A DNA stretch of 64,000 nt from the IMG/VR virus record IMGVR_UViG_3300028844_006787. One strand, 5' to 3'. The stretch is from a virus (taxonomy: Duplodnaviria > Caudoviricetes). The translations under genes were made by a program, and so were the position numbers. Shown here one piece after another: positions 9,100 to 19,136 of this stretch. Below the pieces are notes generated by a model, which ran no database searches, was not told where the DNA came from, and saw nothing but the letters and a program-made list of their open reading frames with translations. Each line of letters starts with the position of its first letter. Position 1 is the first letter of the stretch.

Positions 9100-9831
9100 T
9101 TATACATACCAACAACCATGCTCTTTCATAAGGTTAATCTTTTGTTGTTCTCCTACAACACAATTAAAATGTATTATTTTACAAATTGATTCTATTCTTT
9201 TTGAATGATTATAGTACCAGGATCCATTTGGGTATAAATCTTTATCAAGCAAGGTTAATTTAATTTTCTTTTCAGATGATAGTTGATGCAAAAAATTTTG
9301 ATCAGTTTGTTTCAGTTTAGTTTGTTTTATGAATAAGTTTAAAATATTTTGATCAAAACTAGGAGAGAGACTAAAAAATCCTGCACATGATGCCCCATTA
9401 TGATTGCTTTGTATTAATAAATAGTCTTTATTTTGATTGAGTTTATTTAATATATCGTCTTGAAAATTATTTTTAACAACAATATCTGTATCTAAATAAG
9501 TTAATGTTCTTCCACTTTCTAAAATTGCCTTGGCTATATGGTACTTAGCAAAACAAATCCAGATAAATTCTTGAGTATTAAATTTTAAAAAATGGGAATG
9601 AATATCAAATCCTAAGTTTGATGCATCTACGACATCGCAGAGACCTTTCATTTTGCCTATGGACTCTTTGTCTAGAGCAAAAAAAACAATCGGAAGGTTC
9701 TGAAGGTTACAACTTTTTGCTAAATTGATTGCTAATTCTATACCACCAATGTTACAGTAAAAGTAATTAACATGATCGTATTCATACAGATTAACAAAAG
9801 AATTTATATCATTAAAATTATTCACTTCCAT
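9100..9831 (-). CDS. nucleotide-diphospho-sugar transferase (GT-A fold, GT77-like)
   Basis: DxD in YLDTDIV, AGFF, DQ, LYPNG, HFNC..G...K. Confidence 0.75.
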   Translation of the reverse strand: MEVNNFNDINSFVNLYEYDHVNYFYCNIGGIELAINLAKSCNLQNLPIVFFALDKESIGKMKGLCDVVDASNLGFDIHSHFLKFNTQEFIWICFAKYHIAKAILESGRTLTYLDTDIVVKNNFQDDILNKLNQNKDYLLIQSNHNGASCAGFFSLSPSFDQNILNLFIKQTKLKQTDQNFLHQLSSEKKIKLTLLDKDLYPNGSWYYNHSKRIESICKIIHFNCVVGEQQKINLMKEHGCWYV

Positions 9832-9844
9832 AACTATTATATAT

Positions 9845-9873
9845 ATAGTAAAATACTATTCCAAAGATGTCAA
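9845..9873 (-). promoter_or_regulatory. consensus sigma70 promoter TTGACA-17-TACTAT
   Basis: minus strand TTGACA tctttggaatagtattt TACTAT just upstream of ATG 9831. Confidence 0.7.
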
Positions 9874-9879
9874 ATTTAA

Positions 9880-10200
9880 TTACAAAGGAAACAATTCAAC
9901 TTTGATATTAACTTCCGACACAGGACGATTCGCAACTATTGCTTTTTGAGTTGCATCAAAATCAAAATTTTCAGGTGAATACAAATCAATTACTTCTTGT
10001 TCTGTGAATGTATATTGACCATTACTTTGCTCGGTCATGGTATTTGCTAGATCCTTGAAAGTAGTATTCAAAGCAATCAATCCATCGTATCCTGCTTCGG
10101 TCATTTGCATTTGTCCTATTAAAGTACCTGTGATACCTGCAAATGGATGCGTTGTATCTTCATCTAAATTATCTTTTCCGTTAAATACGTAGTTACTCAT
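9880..10200 (-). CDS. hypothetical protein
   Basis: 106 aa ORF in the run of minus-strand small genes. Confidence 0.7.
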   Translation of the reverse strand: MSNYVFNGKDNLDEDTTHPFAGITGTLIGQMQMTEAGYDGLIALNTTFKDLANTMTEQSNGQYTFTEQEVIDLYSPENFDFDATQKAIVANRPVSEVNIKVELFPL

Positions 10201-10226
10201 AATATCTTGTTATCAAATTTTCTTTT

Positions 10227-10475
10227 TTATGTCAATCTGCAAGTTGCACCTCTCCACATATGCTTCGCAGTAATTAAACCTCTTGCTTCAAGACCACGAA
10301 TTGCTGATACATGAGTTACTCCACCATAACCACCATCAGGATTTGGAGTGGCCTCAGTTCCATACATTGTTGTGTGAAAAAAGGTTTCTTTTCCGTCTTC
10401 ATCTATTCCAACAATAATTAACTTTTGCTTTTCGGTCAATTTTTCTGTTGCTAATATTTTCTCTTTTCTTGTCAT
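10227..10475 (-). CDS. hypothetical protein
   Basis: 82 aa ORF. Confidence 0.65.
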   Translation of the reverse strand: MTRKEKILATEKLTEKQKLIIVGIDEDGKETFFHTTMYGTEATPNPDGGYGGVTHVSAIRGLEARGLITAKHMWRGATCRLT

Positions 10476-10482
10476 TTTAAAT

Positions 10483-10656
10483 TTACGAATCGTTATTTGC
10501 TTTTACCCTAACAATCCAAGGAGCAAGTGCATTCCACTCAATTCTTTCATATATTGCAGTCTCACGATGTGGGACTCCTTGGTTTTTAATTTCTGTTAAC
10601 TTGTATGTTCCACACTCAGGAACTTCTATTGTATTTGAAAAATTATGTAAACTCAT
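10483..10656 (-). CDS. small hypothetical protein (MSLHNFSNT...)
   Basis: ATG at 10656 overlaps the TAA of the upstream 52-aa ORF. Confidence 0.55.
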   Translation of the reverse strand: MSLHNFSNTIEVPECGTYKLTEIKNQGVPHRETAIYERIEWNALAPWIVRVKANNDS

Positions 10657-10814
10657 TATGAATTTAATGTTTCTGAAATTTGTTCCACCAAATCGTGTGG
10701 AGATTCTCCCCAAAAAGGTTCACCTTGAAACAAAACCGCATATGGTTCAAATGAATCATCATCGTAGTATCTTGCGTTATTTTGTACGAACTCAATTATT
10801 TCTTGTTGTGTCAT
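10656..10814 (-). CDS. 52-aa acidic hypothetical protein (absent from ORF track)
   Basis: MTQQEIIEFVQNNARYYDDDSFEPYAVLFQGEPFWGESPHDLVEQISETLNS*, fills the operon gap with TAATG coupling. Confidence 0.6.
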   Translation of the reverse strand: MTQQEIIEFVQNNARYYDDDSFEPYAVLFQGEPFWGESPHDLVEQISETLNS

Positions 10815-11024
10815 AATTAGTAATTTAATTGCGATTAGAATCTACCAAACGCAAAACTCAACTTGGGCATCTTTGTAAAATAAAAAGCACCCCTCTTACT
10901 AGTAGACTTGGTTTGAGTGTAACGATTAACGATACGATATACTTTCTTGATTTGATTAATTTGATTTTGTTCTCTCATTGTTTTTTTATTTTTAGTGTTT
11001 ATTCTCTCAATCATCAATACAAGT

Positions 11025-11053
11025 ATATTACCAAAATTATTATAAAAAGTCAA
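11025..11053 (-). promoter_or_regulatory. conserved promoter copy 6 (TTGACT-17-TAATAT)
   Basis: TTGACT ttttataataattttgg TAATAT. Confidence 0.85.
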
Positions 11054-11064
11054 GCATTATTTAT

Positions 11065-11097
11065 AAAAAAATGACCCCCTTCGGGGAAAGGGGGTCT
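11065..11097 (-). terminator. intrinsic terminator
   Basis: stem GACCCCCTT/AAGGGGGTC followed by a U-run on the minus strand. Confidence 0.85.
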
Positions 11098-11192
11098 CAT
11101 GTTAATCGGTTCGTTGCGGACGATGCCAGATTTCTCTGACTAGGTTCAGAACCACTCGACTTCTTTCAATGAATGATTGATATACATGATTT
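11065..11192 (-). ncRNA. candidate structured small RNA (unassigned family)
   Basis: GC-richer, essentially ORF-less interval between two terminators, with an upstream TTGCAA...CATACT promoter-like element; GUCAGA-GAAA-UCUGGC GNRA hairpin and end-to-end pairing. Confidence 0.4.
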
Positions 11193-11243
11193 AAATTAGT
11201 ATGAAGATAAATTTAATAATTGCAACAAAAAGTTATTAACACC

Positions 11244-11274
11244 AAAAAAAAGTGGTCAATAACTTGACCACTTT
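11244..11274 (-). terminator. intrinsic terminator
   Basis: AAAGTGGTCAA/TTGACCACTTT stem plus U-run on the minus strand. Confidence 0.8.
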
Positions 11275-11312
11275 AGGGATGCCACGAATGTGAGGTGACA
11301 CGACTCCACCAT

Positions 11313-11609
11313 TTACTTGTCGTTTAAACGATTCTGTAAATTGTCTTTTTTAAATGGTGGTTTGGTTAAATGTCCATTTTTTCCATTGTTAATATTTGGA
11401 GAAATTCCACGAAGATCAAAATACACATCATCATCTTCTTCATCGGCTTCCTCTTCACAATATAACTCATCATATGTTCCGTTTTGACGTGCAATGAATT
11501 CTTCTACTATATCTTCAATACAAGCATCCCACTCGGATTGAGAATTGCGTTTATTTTCAAAAATGGAATCAAGTTCACTTACAAGTTTGTCGTCTAAATT
11601 AATATTCAT
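11313..11609 (-). CDS. acidic hypothetical protein
   Basis: likely start MNINLDD; preceded by TTGACT-17-AATAAT. Confidence 0.65.
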   Translation of the reverse strand: MNINLDDKLVSELDSIFENKRNSQSEWDACIEDIVEEFIARQNGTYDELYCEEEADEEDDDVYFDLRGISPNINNGKNGHLTKPPFKKDNLQNRLNDK

Positions 11610-11670
11610 GGAATTATTATTCCACAAACATATTTTATAGTCAAGGTAAATCTAGAATAGTCTCAAGTAA

Positions 11671-12324
11671 CTACCCATTGTAACCCATGACCTCTATAAG
11701 TTCTTTATCAAGAAAACCGATATGATCAATTATATTTTGTGGAAATATATCACGATAAGTAAAATCGTAATTTTTACTTTTGTTTGAAACCGGAAGTTTT
11801 AAAGTTGGATAACCAATAAAATCAGCAACTTTTTGAAACTCAGTTTCTAAGTTTTCAAATTTTAAAAGATTATCTACGATAATATCACCATATTTATCTG
11901 CAACAAATTGAAATTGTGTTTTATTATTTTTCAAAATAGGCCACATTATTTTTTCAATATCATTTTTATCAAATAATACTTTCAGTGATTCTGCCTGCTG
12001 AATTGAATGCGTGTCCCAATATATTGAAGTATCTTTGTTTTTATATTTTTCTACATACTCTTTATAGTAAGTATAAAAACTAAAATATCTTTCCCACGGA
12101 TTTCTAATAACCGCAAAGTTACTAAAGTCAGAATAATCTACACCTTCATTTTCAAGATCCAAGGCAATTCGTTGAATAGTTGCGTGTTGATAAAACGCAA
12201 GACCTTCATTTGGTTGTCCAACATGACTTAAAATACCGGTAGGTTCTATACTCTTTCTGAATGCACTTGATGCAGTCTTAGGTATATCTACCATAATAAA
12301 TTTTTTGAATTTTGAAATTAACAT
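11671..12324 (-). CDS. sulfotransferase family 2-like protein
   Basis: 5'-PSB motif IPKTASS and 3'-PB motif RNPWERYFS; KFENL. Confidence 0.85.
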   Translation of the reverse strand: MLISKFKKFIMVDIPKTASSAFRKSIEPTGILSHVGQPNEGLAFYQHATIQRIALDLENEGVDYSDFSNFAVIRNPWERYFSFYTYYKEYVEKYKNKDTSIYWDTHSIQQAESLKVLFDKNDIEKIMWPILKNNKTQFQFVADKYGDIIVDNLLKFENLETEFQKVADFIGYPTLKLPVSNKSKNYDFTYRDIFPQNIIDHIGFLDKELIEVMGYNG

Positions 12325-12371
12325 CTTCTTTCTCTCCCTGTTTTATTATAAATATTAAATTAACTCAATTT

Positions 12372-13547
12372 TTAACTCGGTTTACCCCATATTTTATTCA
12401 AAGCATCATGCAGATCATCAATATCTATAAATGTCTTTTCACTTACAGAATCATCTGTATAAAGTAGTATGTTGTGGTTTATTCCAAGTCCTTGTATTGC
12501 CATGTGATAACCGTTAAATGGTTCTTGGACTTCAGCACATTCATAACTAGGTATAAATTCAACTAGGTTTACATTATCTAAATTTGAATACAATATATTT
12601 ATGAGTCCCGAACTATGTGGTCCAATTATAGTATGAGCATTTCTGAATATATTAATTTGTTCTTCAACGGAAAGTGTGTTTCCTTCAGAATCTTTTCCGG
12701 AAAATATCTTTAAATCTCCCTTTATTTTATTTTTTTCCATTAAAACTTTAATTGTCTCGATTATGTGCTTTTCATGTTCTTGATCTAGCAATCGTCTATT
12801 GGTAGTACCGTGCCTTGAATGATAAATTATATCACCACACTTTGTTTTACCTTCACCACATTTATTCAACCACTCTTTAAGATATTTTTGAAACTTTTTT
12901 CCCATTATACACGGATGCATATCAGGTGTAGAAACAATAAGTTCTCCGTCAATCTCAGCAGTTTCACCTAAATTTAACCAAACAATAGAATTATACAAAT
13001 CCAAATCAAGATTTTTAATTATATCTTTTTTGACAGGATCATTGAGCATTATATACTTACAATCACCACTAACTTGACTTTTCAACCACAAGAAGTATGG
13101 AAGTGCATCGTGTAATATATGCCCATAATTATGACTCCACCATGTATGAAATCCTACGTATTTACCAGACAATTTTATAATTTTTGAAGTTTCTTTGATT
13201 TTTGATTTGGTATACACAGGCCAATTTACAAATCCGGTGAATTCACCCCGTTCTTCATGCCATCCTGTAGATTTATAGTCTCTATCGTCTATAATTGAAG
13301 AACTTACCCATCCTGCTCCTTCTATTTCTATTGAGTTATTCCACGCACTCTGTGGCCAACTTATTCCTCCATTCCAAATTGCATATTTGCCATTTTTTAA
13401 TACATGAAGTGTTGGATATTCACGATCTTTACCGATGCTTGCTCCGATTAGCTTTTCATAGCAATAGTCTTTATATTCATTTAATATATTTTCTTTTTTA
13501 GAGAATATATTTGGCCAATTTATATCAAAATTATTATTATTTTCCAC
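12372..13547 (-). CDS. glycosyltransferase family 61 (DUF563)-like protein
   Basis: NYGHILHDALP; EQINIFRNAHTIIGPHSSGLIN. Confidence 0.8.
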   Translation of the reverse strand: MENNNNFDINWPNIFSKKENILNEYKDYCYEKLIGASIGKDREYPTLHVLKNGKYAIWNGGISWPQSAWNNSIEIEGAGWVSSSIIDDRDYKSTGWHEERGEFTGFVNWPVYTKSKIKETSKIIKLSGKYVGFHTWWSHNYGHILHDALPYFLWLKSQVSGDCKYIMLNDPVKKDIIKNLDLDLYNSIVWLNLGETAEIDGELIVSTPDMHPCIMGKKFQKYLKEWLNKCGEGKTKCGDIIYHSRHGTTNRRLLDQEHEKHIIETIKVLMEKNKIKGDLKIFSGKDSEGNTLSVEEQINIFRNAHTIIGPHSSGLINILYSNLDNVNLVEFIPSYECAEVQEPFNGYHMAIQGLGINHNILLYTDDSVSEKTFIDIDDLHDALNKIWGKPS

Positions 13548-13692
13548 AATTTAATTATTCCCTAGTCAGTATCGTGTCTATAAATATTACACACAACTAC
13601 TTCAGATTTTTATTCTCCCCACCATCTTACATAAACGTTTCCATATGAATGTCGTCCGAATGTTGGTTTTATTTCCATTAAGAAAACTTCTA

Positions 13693-14475
13693 TTAATTGT
13701 TCTTATTTATTAAGTTTACTATAAAATCCCACTCCTGCACACGACTTAAGGTTCTATTATATGGATAATCAAAAACCAGAATATCTTTGATTGCTGGATC
13801 ACGCAATCCACCGTGCAAATGAATCAAATGAAATCGTTTGATATGTTCTTGGAATGTTTCTTTTAATTCAGGATTTAATATTAAACTAGATGCTATAATA
13901 TTTAAACGAGGTGTTGGAACACGATATGCACATTGTATAATATACATATCAGACAATTCGTCACCAGCATTTTCAAACCATTCACGTTCAAACTCTGTTA
14001 AATCAGAAATTTCACTTAAATCCGATGCATTGGAAAATTTTTTAAATAAATTCAACAAATAATCCGCAACATCAGGTGTTAGTTTTCCACACGAACCAGC
14101 ACCACAATACAACTCATCGTGATATGGAAATTTTTTAAATAATTCTGTACTAAAACTTTTATTATATACATCATAGTCACTCCAAACACTATCACCATGT
14201 TCTTTGACGAATTGAATATACGCAATCCAACGCATATAGCATTGTTTCATATAATCTTTATTTTGAATTTTTTTTGCACGATTATACAATAAAGAATTAT
14301 AGTTATTTAAGTTTATTTCGGAAAATTCTGAATGTAACTCTGCTGAACTTTGATCCAAAACAATTGGATTCCAACCTTTTGATTTCCAGCAAGATTCCCA
14401 TTTTTTTAATAATTTGAAACTTTCCGTTGAAAATGGAAGTCCAGCAATCGGTTGAAAATAAGATATCACATTCAT
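13693..14475 (-). CDS. putative glycosyltransferase-like protein (paralog of 15743..16519)
   Basis: W..CW..KGWNPIVL, CYMRWIAY, WSDYDVYN (DxD). Confidence 0.6.
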   Translation of the reverse strand: MNVISYFQPIAGLPFSTESFKLLKKWESCWKSKGWNPIVLDQSSAELHSEFSEINLNNYNSLLYNRAKKIQNKDYMKQCYMRWIAYIQFVKEHGDSVWSDYDVYNKSFSTELFKKFPYHDELYCGAGSCGKLTPDVADYLLNLFKKFSNASDLSEISDLTEFEREWFENAGDELSDMYIIQCAYRVPTPRLNIIASSLILNPELKETFQEHIKRFHLIHLHGGLRDPAIKDILVFDYPYNRTLSRVQEWDFIVNLINKNN

Positions 14476-14500
14476 TTAATATAAATATAACTTTTTTATA

Positions 14501-15139
14501 TTATTTTAAAAATTGGTCAACCGAGATAAGATTCAACCAGTTTTTTCTATTTTTTTCTAAATTCTCATAAGTTAAATCAGAAAACTTTACATCCAACTTG
14601 TTTTGTTTTCCTTTTTGAATAATTCCTACACCAAAATCAGTATCAATAGTTTTCATGCTAAGATCGTCACGATAAATCTTTAATTTTACAAATGCTTTCC
14701 AACAATCACCGTTCCATAGACCATATTCTTGATTACCCTTTTCTTTTTCCCGCAATACATATTCGTGGCGTTTAGGATCTGTTTTTAACAATTGACGTTC
14801 ATAAATAATAGGATTCATGTCGTGACATACTATATAACCACCTTCATTTAAACGATCAAGTGAGTTTAATATATCACATTCAACTTGTTCTGCTTCATGC
14901 AGTCCGTCAATAAAAATTAAATCAAATTTTTCGTAATTAAATTGAAAATATTCATCTGATGTAATTTTGTGGGTAGGGTCACGATCACATTGTAATTCCG
15001 TATCAGGATCGACTCCTACTTTATATTCTATGTCAATTTTATCATAGTTTTCTTTATGATCCCTAACACCAATTTCTAGGTATGTTTTTGCTTCAATTTT
15101 TTTTGCAAGTAAATTTATAATATCTGTTCTCAATAGCAT
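14501..15139 (-). CDS. class I SAM-dependent methyltransferase (Methyltransf_24-like)
   Basis: YLEIGV, VGVDP, FDLIFIDGLH, GGYIVCHD, WNGDCWKA; likely start MLLRTDII. Confidence 0.85.
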   Translation of the reverse strand: MLLRTDIINLLAKKIEAKTYLEIGVRDHKENYDKIDIEYKVGVDPDTELQCDRDPTHKITSDEYFQFNYEKFDLIFIDGLHEAEQVECDILNSLDRLNEGGYIVCHDMNPIIYERQLLKTDPKRHEYVLREKEKGNQEYGLWNGDCWKAFVKLKIYRDDLSMKTIDTDFGVGIIQKGKQNKLDVKFSDLTYENLEKNRKNWLNLISVDQFLK

Positions 15140-15152
15140 TTTTTTATCTCCT

Positions 15153-15746
15153 TTATTTAATTTCGTCTCCAAACGGATATTCTTGTTTTTCAATGTCGTG
15201 GTATTCTGTATCATTAAAAAACTTCCAATTAAATCTTCGACTAATTTCTCTTAATATTTCAAGAAACAATGTTGAATTAAAGTGAATTCCACCTTTTGCA
15301 AATTTAAACATATTTTTTTTTGGATGGTTTAGAATCATTTCACTAACAGGAATATCAAGATTTAGTTTTGATTCTCTTTCTTGCATACCTTTTAGATCAT
15401 CGTCTGTTTCGTTTTGAATGAAACTAAATGTAGTAGTTTTTGCTGTTTGTTTTTTATACGATTCTATTTTCATATAATTAAAATTTTCTGATGTGTTTAT
15501 ATCTATTTTCTGGTAAACAATATAATCAGCAGATTTGATGTAATTTATGCATTCTCTGATTGAATAAATATTATCCTTTGCCTGAGTTCCCCATTGTGAG
15601 TTTATATCATTATATGGTTTCGGAGGATGCTCCCAAAAATGCCACAATTCGGCACAACACCATTTAACTTCATCCTTCGGTCGCAATTGTCGGATGTACC
15701 AATTTAATGCCATGGCTTGACAACTGCCGATTGTTGCTATTTTCAT
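15153..15746 (-). CDS. WcbI-like polysaccharide biosynthesis protein (tentative)
   Basis: N-terminal IGSCQA, ADYIVYQ, late His motif; located in glycan cluster. Confidence 0.45.
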   Translation of the reverse strand: MKIATIGSCQAMALNWYIRQLRPKDEVKWCCAELWHFWEHPPKPYNDINSQWGTQAKDNIYSIRECINYIKSADYIVYQKIDINTSENFNYMKIESYKKQTAKTTTFSFIQNETDDDLKGMQERESKLNLDIPVSEMILNHPKKNMFKFAKGGIHFNSTLFLEILREISRRFNWKFFNDTEYHDIEKQEYPFGDEIK

Positions 15747-16519
15747 TTTAGTAAACTTTCTACATATTTCATAATACCAAGTCTTGATAAATTTTTATTA
15801 TACGGAAAATCAAATGCAAGTTCAGATTTATTACTTGGATCAGAGATACCCCCACTTATGTGATATAAGTCAAACTCATAAAAGTCTTTATTGGCATCCG
15901 TCCAGCACTCTGTACATCTTTGATCTATCAACTGATTTGCATCAACAAGAAAAGCACATTGAGTCAATATCATATCCGAAACAAAAGTTGTGTGTTTATC
16001 TATATGTAATTGTTGGTTTTCTGACAACCCTTTTATATTAGAATAATCATCCGAATTATTAAATTTTTCATATATTCCAATTAAATTATTCGAATGAAAT
16101 TTATCCATAACTCCTGATGATCCTGAGTATGAAATCATATTAGTTTTTGGTGGAAATTTTACAAAATCGTCAAATGTAAGTGATTTATTATACACATCAT
16201 AATCGCTCCAAAGTGTCGCACCATTTTCATTTGAAAATTGTGAATACGCAAACCAACGACTATAACATTCCATTTGATACTCTTTGGTATGTGCTGGATT
16301 AAATAAAAGACCATCAGTTTCAAATGAATCCTGTAATACTTTATATTTTGGATGGGTTTTGGCATACTCTCTGTTTAATATTATTGGATTCCAACCCCTT
16401 GATCTCCAGTTTTCTGACCAAAAATCTATTAATTCTTCACTTTGCGACGACAAAGCAGGTTGGTTATTTATTTTGTTAAAATAACATACAACACTGTTAT
16501 TTTTTAACGAAATACTCAT
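15743..16519 (-). CDS. putative glycosyltransferase-like protein (paralog of 13693..14475)
   Basis: WSENWRSRGWNPIIL, CYSRWFAY, WSDYDVYNKS. Confidence 0.6.
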   Translation of the reverse strand: MSISLKNNSVVCYFNKINNQPALSSQSEELIDFWSENWRSRGWNPIILNREYAKTHPKYKVLQDSFETDGLLFNPAHTKEYQMECYSRWFAYSQFSNENGATLWSDYDVYNKSLTFDDFVKFPPKTNMISYSGSSGVMDKFHSNNLIGIYEKFNNSDDYSNIKGLSENQQLHIDKHTTFVSDMILTQCAFLVDANQLIDQRCTECWTDANKDFYEFDLYHISGGISDPSNKSELAFDFPYNKNLSRLGIMKYVESLLK

Positions 16520-16527
16520 ATAATTTT

Positions 16528-17472
16528 CTATAATCGTTTTGCTAGAAATATTTTAAGATCGTTATATAGTTTACGTAGTTTTGGATCATTATAGTCCATA
16601 AAATTTACTTCAGGTATATCTCGTTCTATCATATTATATTCATACATTTTACCGACCAAATGCTTAGTTAATTCATTAAATATAGGTGCGTTAATAAGTG
16701 TATTTAAGAATTTGCGAGTATCATTTAATTCATCAATATTATTGCTTCTTGCACAAGATTGTAAACAAGGCAATGCTTCCCACTTATTTTTGGTTGTATC
16801 TACAAATTCATACAAATCTTTGTGATGTTTATGAATATACTCACCGAGAACATTATACTCAGAAAAGAAAGTTCTTTCTGCAAGATAAGATTTTAATGTC
16901 ATTTTTGTATTTTTTTCAATAACACTTCTTAATTCTTTAATTACACTTACAGGATAAACTAGAGGTGAACGACGTGCATATTCGTATCGTAAATCAAGTC
17001 CTAGTGTCTCGGAAGTAACCTGCTTCCAATCCTGAATCCAGTCTGGAATATTGTTAATATCTTCATAAAAATAATTTAATGGAGTCATCAACATTGTTAA
17101 TTTGCCACTTTCATTATCAATAAAATCCGCAGGTGAGTGTTTTTCGTAAAACATTGAGTCACTATCCATGAAAGCAACATATTCAATATTATCCGGAATA
17201 TAATCATTAATTGTTAATTTCATATATTGTTGTCTCATGTGTCCTGACATTATTTCCTGAGCACCATCGACAATTTCATATGAATATCCTTTATTTTGTA
17301 GAAATAACTTGGTAAGTAAGCAATCATCTGCGTTTTCATCAATTAATACCAAATGGTCATAGTATCCTGTACAATAAGTTTCATATGATTTGATATTGTA
17401 TTTCAACCACTCCAAATGCTTATCGTATGATGGAGTAACTAATAGTGTATTTTCTTTTGTTAGTTCTATCAT
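16528..17472 (-). CDS. GT-A-like protein (DUF6492-like, tentative)
   Basis: QQYMKL, FMDSD (DxD), FSEYNVLG. Confidence 0.55.
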   Translation of the reverse strand: MIELTKENTLLVTPSYDKHLEWLKYNIKSYETYCTGYYDHLVLIDENADDCLLTKLFLQNKGYSYEIVDGAQEIMSGHMRQQYMKLTINDYIPDNIEYVAFMDSDSMFYEKHSPADFIDNESGKLTMLMTPLNYFYEDINNIPDWIQDWKQVTSETLGLDLRYEYARRSPLVYPVSVIKELRSVIEKNTKMTLKSYLAERTFFSEYNVLGEYIHKHHKDLYEFVDTTKNKWEALPCLQSCARSNNIDELNDTRKFLNTLINAPIFNELTKHLVGKMYEYNMIERDIPEVNFMDYNDPKLRKLYNDLKIFLAKRL

Positions 17473-17473
17473 T

Positions 17474-18400
17474 TTATTGCCCTCCGTCTCTAAATATTAT
17501 TTTTTGTCTACCGAGTAGGTTACGATACAATAATCTATCCCAGTGAGTTACTTCATTGAATGTATCTAAAACTTCAAATTCAATATACTCGTCTTCAGTA
17601 TCTTCTCGTTTATTGTATGTTATATCTCCCTGCCAAGTTCCAAGTTCTTCTTGAGTAATTTCAAGATTCTTGTGTTTCTTGTAGAATTGTCTTAGAAATT
17701 CACCACATTTACTAATATCACATAAATCAAAATCATCTAATATATTTTTTGTTTTACGAAAATCATACCATCGAATTTTATTTCCAATTTCCACATTTGT
17801 AAACTGACGAATTACCCAACTATCTTCGTATAAGTGTCCCGATGACGCATGACTTAAAAATTCAGAGATACTGATACCTGCAGGAATCGTACCATGCCCA
17901 GGTTCATGCTTTGCTTTGTCTGAAGTTATATACTTAAAAAATGACTTTGCTCGTTCAAGAGCATCTCGTAAAATTATAAACTTTTTAAAGTTAAATTTAG
18001 GAAATTTACTGAGAATATCTTCATGTATTTGAAATCCCTCAGATTCAATTATTATCGAGAAAACATTTATCTGCGACATTAAATCTGCATTTACATTCTC
18101 AAGTTTTATGCAGTATGCGGTTTCATCGGACGTGGGCAAGTCTCCTTTAAATAATTCTTTTGTATTATTACAAAACTCATTTGGATCACCTGCGATAATT
18201 CTTGCAACTTGATGTTTACCGTTTAAAACAATAATGTTCCTTGCAGATTCTCGCATGGTATCCTCTGTTACCCATCCTGTATTTTTTCTCCATTTTCTAA
18301 AATAAAGAAACATTGTACTTATTGCAAACGTACCTGCATTTTTTGGTATATGGTAAAAAACTGGTACAGTACTATCTTGATATAATTCGTAATCCATCAT
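17474..18400 (-). CDS. sulfotransferase-like protein
   Basis: FYHIPKNAGT PAPS-binding loop, ILRDALERAKSFF, D..LY C-terminal motif. Confidence 0.7.
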   Translation of the reverse strand: MMDYELYQDSTVPVFYHIPKNAGTFAISTMFLYFRKWRKNTGWVTEDTMRESARNIIVLNGKHQVARIIAGDPNEFCNNTKELFKGDLPTSDETAYCIKLENVNADLMSQINVFSIIIESEGFQIHEDILSKFPKFNFKKFIILRDALERAKSFFKYITSDKAKHEPGHGTIPAGISISEFLSHASSGHLYEDSWVIRQFTNVEIGNKIRWYDFRKTKNILDDFDLCDISKCGEFLRQFYKKHKNLEITQEELGTWQGDITYNKREDTEDEYIEFEVLDTFNEVTHWDRLLYRNLLGRQKIIFRDGGQ

Positions 18401-18509
18401 CTATTATAAATATTATTAAAACTTGTTTTTATAGAAATAAATCACCATATAATATAATGTTATTTCTAATCTTTTGTTATCTTATAATAAATATAATAAA
18501 AACTATATT

Positions 18510-19136
18510 TTAAGATGAAATCTTTGAATATCCAAACTCTTCAAAGTCTGAATTGAATATTTCGTTTGTAATATTAATTGATCTTTTATTATGATATTTT
18601 TGCCAACATTTTCGTTTCGTGGTATTTGAATGTGGTGGTTTTTTATATGGTATATCAAGTTTTGTACAGATTCTCGTCAAGTCTTCGGTTATGCTTTCAA
18701 GACGAATATAATCATCCATTATTAAGTTATTGTTTAATGAAAAATAATCAAAATATGTTTGTTTTGCCCAATCGTTCTTTTTAAGACTTCGCAACCACCA
18801 CCACAAACTTAATCCATATATAATTCGGTTTAAAAAACTAACTTTGCATGACCATCTCCAAAACGATACTACACGATCATAGGGATTTCTAATGCAACCT
18901 ATTTTATAGTATTCATCAAAGTTATTGATATGTGAATATGCAGAAATTTTATTGTGCTTGGAGTGTGTGTATTTAAATTCAGGATCAATTAAACCTTCAT
19001 CGATGAAATCAAAATTATCATCTTTTTGCTGAATTATTTCTTGAATATCAGAGTATGGTAAAAAGAAAGTAGACAACGTTACTGATCCAGTTTTTGGTGG
19101 AGTTATTAAAATAAACTTTTTATCGTGACTAATCAT
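18510..19136 (-). CDS. sulfotransferase family 2-like protein
   Basis: MISHDKKFI..PPKTGS, RNPYDRVVS, RLE, DFEEFGY. Confidence 0.85.
   Translation of the reverse strand: MISHDKKFILITPPKTGSVTLSTFFLPYSDIQEIIQQKDDNFDFIDEGLIDPEFKYTHSKHNKISAYSHINNFDEYYKIGCIRNPYDRVVSFWRWSCKVSFLNRIIYGLSLWWWLRSLKKNDWAKQTYFDYFSLNNNLIMDDYIRLESITEDLTRICTKLDIPYKKPPHSNTTKRKCWQKYHNKRSINITNEIFNSDFEEFGYSKISS

Noticed and set aside
11097-11192. tRNA or known ribozyme/riboswitch
   Set aside because: No cloverleaf with T-loop GTTCRA and no hammerhead CUGAUGA core recognised; kept only as an unassigned ncRNA candidate.
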